Assembly (NCBI GenBank): GCA_038211085.1
Contig: JBBQVY010000001.1
Coordinates: 43-64,042 of the forward strand
Direction of reading: 5' to 3'
Length of the DNA: 64,000 bases
Origin: Chitinophagales bacterium
GTDB taxonomy: Bacteria > Bacteroidota > Bacteroidia > Chitinophagales > Chitinophagaceae
Positions 9,054 through 16,965 of the stretch are shown in pieces. Made by a program: the position numbers and the translations under genes. Every line of letters begins with the position of its first letter. Within the stretch, counting starts at the first letter, position 1. The notes beneath the pieces are model-generated. The model did not search any database and was not told the DNA's origin. It saw only the letters and a program-made list of their open reading frames with translations.

Positions 9054-9126
9054 TGCAATGGTTTTATGTATTCAATTCAATAAATAAATTTTCGTATACC
9101 TGCTAATTATAACTCCATCTGTAACC

Positions 9127-10611
9127 TTAACACAACTGGTATTCGGGTGTACTCATCAATAGCAGCGACAGGGATTGTATATAGTTTTCTCTTGTTGATT
9201 GATCAATAGATTTATCAACTATTGCATCCAAGGCAACAGGCATTTTTGCCTGCAGTAAAGCCGTTTCAATTACATGGTATAATTGCGGCCGGGGTGTATT
9301 TATAAATTGCTTTTGATACACGGGCCAATCAATTTTAGCTGACACTTTAAAACGTTTACCCAGTCCATTCATTTCATTCCTGCCCGCTTGTAATCCTTTA
9401 CCTAACTGTTCCATCATACCCATTTGCTGGTCGTCATCGGCCTTGGCAGCTATACCAAACAAATCGTTACCGGCAATTAATTGAGGCAATCTTAAACGTA
9501 GCATAAGGGCCGAACTATCTATCCAGTTTTTACCGCCGGGCCAGCCTGCAACATTAGGAGGATAAAATAACACCTGTCCCAGGGCACGTTGAAAAAGCAA
9601 CTGCACTTCTTTATTGTCAAACTCAACAGGTAACATTCTGCGGAAACCAACCAGTAAATCCACCGGCGACTTTATTTTACTTCCAATATTTTTTTCATCG
9701 TAAAACCAGCTACTGGTAAATACATCTTTTAGTAAACTGCTGATGTTATAATTGCTTTGGTAAAACCGATCGGCGAGCCATTGAACATTTACTTCATTTG
9801 GTTGATCGTTTACAAAATACCGGTACATTTTGCGGGCAATAAAGGTGGCACAATTCTTCTGCTCCAATAAAATTTTAATGATGTCATCGCCATCAAAATT
9901 TCCTTTTTTACCAAGAAATGTTTTAGTACCAGTATCGTGTTGAAAAGGTCGGTTCACAAACCCGCCCTGCAGGTTAAAACCCCACCCGGTAAAAGCACGG
10001 GCAGCTTCTTTAACATCCGTCTCCGTGTAATTGCCTCTGCCCAGGGTAAACAATTCCATTACCTCCCGTGCAAAATTTTCGTTGGGATGCGATTTTTTGT
10101 TTTGCTGGTTATTTAAAAAAGCAAGCATAGCTGGGCTCTTACTTACTGCTGTAAGTAACTCACCAAAACTGCCCAAAGCATTCGATCTAATTTGTTGTAA
10201 CAGTAATTGCTGGTTATAGATATTTATGTTTCTGCATGCAAAATGTCCATGCCAAAACAAAGAAACCTTCTCCCTAATCTGCGCAGGCGAATTAACCATT
10301 TGATCGAGCCAGGTCAGGTTAAGGCTTTTGATTTGATCACGGCTTTTCTTAGCCAGTTCCCTCTTTTGAAGCTTATCATCTGTCCCTTCCTTTTTCCTGT
10401 TGCGCAGCACCTCGCCTAAGCCCATTGTAAATCCATCTGCAAAATTGTTGGCAATGTCAATGTACACTGGAGGCCGCTCTGAACTGGCTGCCAGGTCAGC
10501 GTAAGTTTTTACAGGATAAAAAGAAGTGAAAGTATTGAGTTGATGTACTGAAGGTCCAAAACCTGCCCTCCATAACAAGTGTTGATTCTTTATTTGGTTG
10601 GTGATGACCAT
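9127..10611 (-). CDS. DUF1800 family protein
   Basis: N-terminal HLLWRAGFGPS motif, about 490 aa, in the canonical DUF1800-DUF1501 gene pair. Confidence 0.75.
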   Translation of the reverse strand: MVITNQIKNQHLLWRAGFGPSVHQLNTFTSFYPVKTYADLAASSERPPVYIDIANNFADGFTMGLGEVLRNRKKEGTDDKLQKRELAKKSRDQIKSLNLTWLDQMVNSPAQIREKVSLFWHGHFACRNINIYNQQLLLQQIRSNALGSFGELLTAVSKSPAMLAFLNNQQNKKSHPNENFAREVMELFTLGRGNYTETDVKEAARAFTGWGFNLQGGFVNRPFQHDTGTKTFLGKKGNFDGDDIIKILLEQKNCATFIARKMYRYFVNDQPNEVNVQWLADRFYQSNYNISSLLKDVFTSSWFYDEKNIGSKIKSPVDLLVGFRRMLPVEFDNKEVQLLFQRALGQVLFYPPNVAGWPGGKNWIDSSALMLRLRLPQLIAGNDLFGIAAKADDDQQMGMMEQLGKGLQAGRNEMNGLGKRFKVSAKIDWPVYQKQFINTPRPQLYHVIETALLQAKMPVALDAIVDKSIDQSTRENYIQSLSLLLMSTPEYQLC

Positions 10612-10620
10612 TTAAAAAGA

Positions 10621-10757
10621 TTTGGTTTGAGACGGCAGAAGAGAGGAAGGGTTTAATGAGTGGGGAGAAAAAGAAGATGACAGAAGAAAGTTGGTGGTTG
10701 GCGGTTGTAGAAAAGAAGTTGTTAGTTGACAGAGGAGCGTTGACAGAACAGAGAAAC
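10621..10757 (-). repeat. Heptad-periodic tract (GTTGnnn on the + strand), G-poor on the sense strand, directly upstream of the DUF1800 start
   Basis: GTTGGTG GTTGGCG GTTGTAG AAAAGAA GTTGTTA GTTGACA GAGGAGC GTTGACA. About 8 C in 137 nt on the + strand. Starts 10 nt from ATG 10611. Confidence 0.8.
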
Positions 10758-10901
10758 CTTAGCGCTACTTTGTGCCTTAGTGCCTTCGTGGTTCAAATAA
10801 AAAAGATGTTATTTGACGGATGACAGTTGAAAGATACAATGCTGCGTTTTTCATTTTTACTTTTGAATTTTTACTTTTTACTTTTATTCTTACATTAGTA
10901 C

Positions 10902-11981
10902 ATGCGCTTACATGCTTTAAAATATGGTTCACCTCTTATCATCTTTTGCTTTGCCTACCTGTCTTTTTCAGGCCGGGGCTGGATCACCTTTTTGCCAATA
11001 TTATGGTCGTATACTATAATACCCCTTGCAGAATTGTTTATAAAACCAAACGAAAACAACCTACAGGATACGGAGCAATTAATTGCTAAAAACGACCGGT
11101 TATACGATTACATGTTATACATCATTCCTGTAGGCATGTATGCTGCCCTGGTGTATTTTTTATTCACGTTGCAACAACCCCATTTAACCTGGGTTGAATA
11201 TACCGGACGCATTTTAAGCATGGGATTGTTATGCGGTATTTTTGGAATTAATGTTGCGCATGAGTTGGGACATCGTACCAATAAATTTGAACAGGCCCTT
11301 GCAAAAAGCCTGCTGTTAACATCTCTATACCTCCACTTTTTTATAGAGCATAACAAGGGTCATCATAAAAGAGTGGCTACTCCCAACGATCCCAGTTCGG
11401 CCCGGTTGAATGAATGGTTATTTGCCTTTTATTTCAGGACAATTGTGTTTAGTTATATAAGCGCATGGCATATTGCCAATGCTGATGTGAAAAAGAAAGG
11501 ACACCCCGTTTTAAGTTTCTACAATCAAATGGTGTTGTTTACAATAACGCAGTTTGTATTTGTTGCTATAATAGTATTACTGTTTGGATGGGTTATTACG
11601 GCATGTTACTTAGCAGCAGCACTTATGGGCATTGCCCTGCTTGAAACAGTAAATTATATAGAGCATTATGGACTGCAACGCAGGGAAATTGCTCCAAACA
11701 AATTTGAAAGAGCATTACCGGAACATAGCTGGAACAGTAATCATGTTGTGGGCAGGTTAATGCTGTTTGAGTTAAGCCGCCACAGCGATCATCATTATAT
11801 GGCCAGCCGAAAATACCAGTTGCTGCGTCACCACGATTTTTCGCCACAAATGCCTACTGGGTATCCCGGCATGATGATACTGGCACACATTCCACCTCTT
11901 TTTATTTATGTAATGAACCGGCAGATTAAAAAGACATTTTCAAGAGAAGCATCCCAGTTACCTGAAAGCCATATTGCCTGA
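10902..11981 (+). CDS. alkB: Alkane 1-monooxygenase / membrane fatty-acid-desaturase family (AlkB-like)
   Basis: Histidine boxes HELGHR, EHNKGHH and HSDHH plus NYIEHYGL. Multiple TM helices. Confidence 0.8.
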   Translation: MRLHALKYGSPLIIFCFAYLSFSGRGWITFLPILWSYTIIPLAELFIKPNENNLQDTEQLIAKNDRLYDYMLYIIPVGMYAALVYFLFTLQQPHLTWVEYTGRILSMGLLCGIFGINVAHELGHRTNKFEQALAKSLLLTSLYLHFFIEHNKGHHKRVATPNDPSSARLNEWLFAFYFRTIVFSYISAWHIANADVKKKGHPVLSFYNQMVLFTITQFVFVAIIVLLFGWVITACYLAAALMGIALLETVNYIEHYGLQRREIAPNKFERALPEHSWNSNHVVGRLMLFELSRHSDHHYMASRKYQLLRHHDFSPQMPTGYPGMMILAHIPPLFIYVMNRQIKKTFSREASQLPESHIA

Positions 11982-12089
11982 TAGGTAGCTATCGTTTAAT
12001 CTTTCCTTTTACCAAACAGTTGAAAAAATAATGAACAAAAAAAGCCCGCTACACAAAGTAACGGGCCACGTTTTCTATAGGTACCATAA

Positions 12090-12842
12090 TTAATTTCTTC
12101 CGGCAATTTTGCTTAAGAGCCTTAACATTTCTATGTATAACCATACAAGGGTTACCAGCAAACCAAAGGCACAAAACCATTCCATATGTTTGGGGGCACC
12201 CATTTCTGCACCTCTTTCAATCATATCAAAATCCATAATCAGGTTAAGAGATGCTACAACTATTACCACCAGGCTAAAGCCAATACCTAATAAACTGCCC
12301 TCGTGTAAAAAGCCAATGTTAATACCAAACATACCCAGCACCATGGCTATCAGGTAAAATATAGCAATACCTGCAGTTGCGGTAAACACTACCGATCTAA
12401 AGCGCTCTGTTACTTTTATAACCCTAAAGTTGTAAAGCAAAAACATAGCGAGTGCAGCACCAAAGGTTAAAACCACTGCCTGCATTACAATACCGGGATA
12501 GCTTGCTCTGAAAGCAAAGTTTATAGTAACTGATAAAGCGCCTACAAACAAACCTTCCAGCAAACCGTATAAGGGAGCGAGGTAAGGAGATGTGGTTGGT
12601 TTAAAGCTCATAATAACTGCTACAACTAATCCGCCTATTGCGCCACCCCATAAATAACCGTTAACGTTCTGGCCCTGTTCAAATGCATGCCATGTGTATG
12701 CTGCAGATGCCATCATCATTAAAAATATAAAACCAAACTTATTCATAACGCCTCTAACAGTCATAACACCTTCGCTGGTTGTTTCGATAGACCTGTTAAA
12801 GATTTTCTCAGATAATGTTGGGTTACTCGATTTGAATTCCAT
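12090..12842 (-). CDS. Bax inhibitor-1/YccA family membrane protein
   Basis: 250 aa, seven hydrophobic segments, N-terminal SSNPTL...VMTVRGVMNKF typical of the bacterial BI-1/YccA group. Confidence 0.7.
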   Translation of the reverse strand: MEFKSSNPTLSEKIFNRSIETTSEGVMTVRGVMNKFGFIFLMMMASAAYTWHAFEQGQNVNGYLWGGAIGGLVVAVIMSFKPTTSPYLAPLYGLLEGLFVGALSVTINFAFRASYPGIVMQAVVLTFGAALAMFLLYNFRVIKVTERFRSVVFTATAGIAIFYLIAMVLGMFGINIGFLHEGSLLGIGFSLVVIVVASLNLIMDFDMIERGAEMGAPKHMEWFCAFGLLVTLVWLYIEMLRLLSKIAGRN

Positions 12843-13075
12843 AATTTCTATTAGTTTTTTGTACTACTAAATGTAACTACAAATTTAATTAAGCTTTGGT
12901 TTTTTACGTGTTAAAAATGCATGATTACCGACAGGTCTTTTTTAAAATTGATATGGCGGCATATTGCTTTCTTTCCGGCATGGTAATTTGTCGTGAGGAT
13001 TACAAAATCTAAAACAACCTAAACGGTCTTGTATTACCTTCGCCTATTGATTTTTTTGATAGATAATTATATAAG

Positions 13076-14941
13076 ATGAACCGTACACAGGAAGTATTAC
13101 AAGACGTAGTTATAAAATTTGCAGGCGATAGTGGTGATGGAATGCAACTGACTGGAAGCCAGTTTACCAATAACACAGCCATGCTGGGTATAGACCTGGC
13201 AACTTTTCCAGACTTTCCTGCTGAAATACGTGCCCCCCAGGGAACCTTACCTGGTGTAAGTGGTTACCAGTTGCATTTTAGCAGTAACCGCATTTTTACC
13301 CCCGGCGACAATTGCGATGTGCTGGTTGCCATGAATGCAGCGGCTTTGAAAGTGAATATTAAAAATCTGAAGAAAGGAGGAAAGATCATCGCCAACGTGG
13401 ATGGCTTTGACAATAAGAACTTACGCCTGGCAAATTATCCCGACGGAGTAAATCCATTGGAAGATGACAGCCTTGAAAATTACCAGGTAATAAAAATGGA
13501 CGTTACCAAAATGACCCGTGAAGCCCTGAAAGAATTTGAAATGGGCGTAAAGGAAAAAGACCGTGCAAAAAACATGTTTGTACTGGGATTTTTATACTGG
13601 ATGTACAACAGGGACATGGATAACACCATTCAATTTTTGACGGAAAAATTTGGCAAGAAGGATACGATATTACAAAGCAACATAAAAGCCCTGCAGGCCG
13701 GGTACAATTTTGCTGACACCACCGAAGCATTTAGTACTACGTATAAAGTGGAGAAGGCCCGCATGTATCCCGGCATGTACCGCAGCATTATGGGCAACCA
13801 GGCCTTGTCCTATGGATTGATTGCAGCCGGTCAAAAAAGTAAGCTGCAACTGTTTCTGGGTTCGTACCCAATAACCCCTGCCAGCGATATTTTACATGAA
13901 CTGAGCAAGCACAAAGCATTTGGTGTAAAAACGTTCCAGGCGGAGGATGAGATTGCTGCTATTACTTCGGCTATAGGCGCCAGCTATGGCGGACTTTTAG
14001 GCCTCACCACCACGTCAGGACCGGGAATGGCATTGAAAACCGAAGCTATGGGTTTAGCTGTTATGCTGGAGATACCGTTGCTCATCATCAACATACAAAG
14101 AGGAGGACCAAGCACGGGCTTACCTACCAAAACAGAACAAAGTGATTTATTGCAGGCTTTTTATGGCCGTAATGGCGAGTGCCCAATGCCGGTTATTTCA
14201 GCCTCCACACCAAGCGATTGTTTTAATGCTGTATATGAAGCAGTGCGGATATCGGTGCAGCACATGACGCCGGTTATCTTTTTAAGCGATGGCTTTATTG
14301 CTAATGGCGCTGAGCCATGGAGGTTTCCCAAGAGTGAAGACTTACCTGAAATAGAGGTAAATTTTAAAAAAGAATTGGGTCATGGTGAAGATAAATTTCA
14401 GCCTTACCTGCGGGATGAAAAACTGGTTAGACCATGGGCCATACCCGGTACGGCTGGCCTGGAACACCGTATAGGAGGCATTGAAAAGCAAAACATTACC
14501 GGTAATGTTAGCTATGACCCGGATAACCACCAGCTAATGGTTAAAATAAGAGAGGAGAAAGTTGAAAAAATTGCTGACTATATACCCGAACAGCAACTGG
14601 ATAATGGACCTGAAAAGGGAAAGTTACTGCTACTTGGCTGGGGAAGCACCTACGGGGCCATCAAGAGTGCTGTCAACGATTTATTAGCCGAAGGTTATGA
14701 AGTTGCACATGCACACCTGCGATATATACGACCGTTTCCTAAAAACCTGGGAGATATATTGAAAAACTACGACCATGTATTGATACCAGAGATCAACAAC
14801 GGCCAGCTCATAAAAATTATACGAGATAAATTTTTAGTAGATGCCAAAGGCTATAATAAAATTATGGGTGTGCCTATTACAAAAGGAGAATTGGTGGATG
14901 TGATTAAGAAGATGTTGGTGAAGGAAAATGTGGGGCATTAA
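13076..14941 (+). CDS. korA: 2-oxoacid:acceptor (ferredoxin) oxidoreductase, alpha subunit
   Basis: 621 aa. N-terminal VIKFAGDSGDGMQLTG and central GSYPITPASDILHEL / GPGMALK motifs of KorA-type alpha subunits. Confidence 0.85.
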   Translation: MNRTQEVLQDVVIKFAGDSGDGMQLTGSQFTNNTAMLGIDLATFPDFPAEIRAPQGTLPGVSGYQLHFSSNRIFTPGDNCDVLVAMNAAALKVNIKNLKKGGKIIANVDGFDNKNLRLANYPDGVNPLEDDSLENYQVIKMDVTKMTREALKEFEMGVKEKDRAKNMFVLGFLYWMYNRDMDNTIQFLTEKFGKKDTILQSNIKALQAGYNFADTTEAFSTTYKVEKARMYPGMYRSIMGNQALSYGLIAAGQKSKLQLFLGSYPITPASDILHELSKHKAFGVKTFQAEDEIAAITSAIGASYGGLLGLTTTSGPGMALKTEAMGLAVMLEIPLLIINIQRGGPSTGLPTKTEQSDLLQAFYGRNGECPMPVISASTPSDCFNAVYEAVRISVQHMTPVIFLSDGFIANGAEPWRFPKSEDLPEIEVNFKKELGHGEDKFQPYLRDEKLVRPWAIPGTAGLEHRIGGIEKQNITGNVSYDPDNHQLMVKIREEKVEKIADYIPEQQLDNGPEKGKLLLLGWGSTYGAIKSAVNDLLAEGYEVAHAHLRYIRPFPKNLGDILKNYDHVLIPEINNGQLIKIIRDKFLVDAKGYNKIMGVPITKGELVDVIKKMLVKENVGH

Positions 14942-14983
14942 TACTACATCAAAATCCGAATTATTTAAAAGAATTGCACCCAT

Positions 14984-15066
14984 GCCCTGAAAGGGCCTAA
15001 TATATCAGCCATTAATGAAGGCAATGCAATAGAGATACAATAGTCCAAACGGCCCTGAAAGGGGGC
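14984..15066. repeat. Two copies of a CCCTGAAAGGG mini-hairpin
   Basis: gccctgaaagggc at 14984-14996 and gccctgaaagggggc at 15052-15066, in the 160-bp gap between the convergent korA and nadB. Confidence 0.7.
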
Positions 15067-15101
15067 AATATTACCTTTCCATGGATGGATAAAATGGAGT
15101 T

Positions 15102-16697
15102 CTACAAGATGATATTTTCCACCAGTTTACTTTTTAGCAGATGGTCGGTATTGAAATGCAAGCCACGACTTTCTTTTCTAAAACCTGCACCTTTTACAAT
15201 TAAATAACCCACTGTTATCAGGTTGCGTAATTCGCATAACTGCGGAGAAAGGCGGGTAGACTTATACAAATCTTTTGTTTCTTCAAACAACAAATCAAGG
15301 CGCTTATTGGCACGCTCAAGGCGCACATCGGTACGCACAATACCAACATAATCGCTCATTACAGATTGCAGTTCTTTAAGGCTTTGCGTTATAAGAATCA
15401 TTTCTTTTGGGTCGGTTGTCCCGGTATCACTCCAGCCTGGTATTTCGTCCTTAAACGTTAGGCCATCCACCAATTGTATACTGTCAAGATATGCCCTGTG
15501 GCTAAACACCATTGCCTCCAGCAAGCTGTTGCTGGCAAGGCGATTGGCACCATGTAAACCTGTACTGGCACACTCGCCGCAGGCATACAAATTTTTAATA
15601 GAAGTACGGCCAAACTCATCTGTTTTTATACCACCGCAACTATAATGTGCGGCCGGTGCAACGGGTATTGGGTTTACCATTACATCAATACCAATACTTA
15701 AACACTTTTGGTAAATATTAGGAAAGTGGTGAATGAACTTTTCTTTGTCCATATGGCGGCAGTCAAGGTACACATGCTCCGTACCGGAAATCTTCATTTC
15801 ACTATCAATGGCACGGGCTACTATGTCTCTTGGAGCAAGGTCTTTCCTTTCGTCGTAACGGGGCATAAAGGCTTCGCCGGCTTTGTTCAATAATATGCCC
15901 CCATCGCCCCGCACTGCCTCTGTAATTAAAAATGAAGGAGAGATACCCGGCTCATACAAGGCGGTTGGATGAAACTGTATGAACTCCATATTTTCAATGC
16001 GCCCTTTTGCACGGTAGACCATAGCTACACCATCACCAGTAGCAATTTTAGGATTGGTTGTAGTACGGTATGCCTGCCCGTTTCCGCCAGTTGCGAAGAC
16101 GGTAACTTTTGAGAGCACCGTTTCAATTTCATTCGTTTTGAGGTTGAGCATGTACACACCGTAGCACTCAATATCCAGCGTAGACTTTGTAACTAAATAG
16201 CCCAGGTGATGTTGTGTTATAATGTCCACTATAAAGCAATGATTAATCAGCTCAATGTTGGGCATACTCTCAATCTTTTCAATGAGTGCCCTTTCCATTT
16301 CCTGGCCGGTTATATCCTTATGGTGCAGTATGCGGTTTACGCTATGACCACCTTCTTTACCCAGCGAATAATCACCATCATCATCTTTATCAAACTCAGC
16401 TCCCCACTCAATAATTTCTTTAATGCGTTGCGGCCCTTCCTTCACCACTATCTCAACAATCTTTCTATTGCAAAGCCCATCGCCGGCAATTAAGGTGTCT
16501 TCAATATGTTTCTCAAAGCTATCAGTGGCATCATCCCAAACACCTGCAATGCCGCCTTGCGCATACTTGGTATTTGTTTCGTCAGAATGCGTTTTGGTTA
16601 TAACCGTTACTTTCATACCCGGCTTTGCAGCAGCTACTTTTAAGGCATAGGTTAAGCCTGCTATTCCTGAGCCAATTACTAAAAAATCTGTTTGCAT
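15102..16697 (-). CDS. nadB: L-aspartate oxidase
   Basis: FAD fold DFLVIGSGIAGL, 531 aa, conserved HPTA and RGDGG regions of NadB / succinate dehydrogenase flavoprotein relatives. Confidence 0.9.
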   Translation of the reverse strand: MQTDFLVIGSGIAGLTYALKVAAAKPGMKVTVITKTHSDETNTKYAQGGIAGVWDDATDSFEKHIEDTLIAGDGLCNRKIVEIVVKEGPQRIKEIIEWGAEFDKDDDGDYSLGKEGGHSVNRILHHKDITGQEMERALIEKIESMPNIELINHCFIVDIITQHHLGYLVTKSTLDIECYGVYMLNLKTNEIETVLSKVTVFATGGNGQAYRTTTNPKIATGDGVAMVYRAKGRIENMEFIQFHPTALYEPGISPSFLITEAVRGDGGILLNKAGEAFMPRYDERKDLAPRDIVARAIDSEMKISGTEHVYLDCRHMDKEKFIHHFPNIYQKCLSIGIDVMVNPIPVAPAAHYSCGGIKTDEFGRTSIKNLYACGECASTGLHGANRLASNSLLEAMVFSHRAYLDSIQLVDGLTFKDEIPGWSDTGTTDPKEMILITQSLKELQSVMSDYVGIVRTDVRLERANKRLDLLFEETKDLYKSTRLSPQLCELRNLITVGYLIVKGAGFRKESRGLHFNTDHLLKSKLVENIIL

Positions 16698-16962
16698 AGG
16701 GTGGTGGGGAGTGGTTAGTTGTTAATGGTTAATGGTCAGTGGGTCATTGGTCAATAGGTCATTGGTCATTTGTTTATGGTGAGTGGTTAGAGAAAATTAA
16801 GGATGATGAGTTTTGAGTTGAGAATTATTAGTTTTGAGTTTTGAGTTTTGAGTTTTGACATTATCGCTAAGACTTTTGCTTATATTTTGAATGCTCATCC
16901 AATTTGTTGCATTTAGGCGCCTGGCGTTTTGGCTATTGACTTTTGACTTTTGACTATTGACC
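16698..16962 (-). repeat. Heptad-periodic intergenic tract between ispG and nadB, including a perfect (GTTTTGA)x4
   Basis: About 21 consecutive 7-nt units from 16712. A perfect tandem gttttga x4 sits at 16831-16858. TTTTGGC TATTGAC TTTTGAC TTTTGAC TATTGAC runs 16927-16961. Only about 6 C occur in 16698-16858, so the sense-strand leader of nadB is nearly G-free. Confidence 0.85.
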
Positions 16963-16965
16963 TAC

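Noticed and set aside
10902-11981. AlkB-like gene as the seed of an alkane-degradation cluster
   Set aside because: No rubredoxin, rubredoxin reductase or regulator is adjacent. A stand-alone membrane hydroxylase or desaturase homologue is unremarkable without further evidence.
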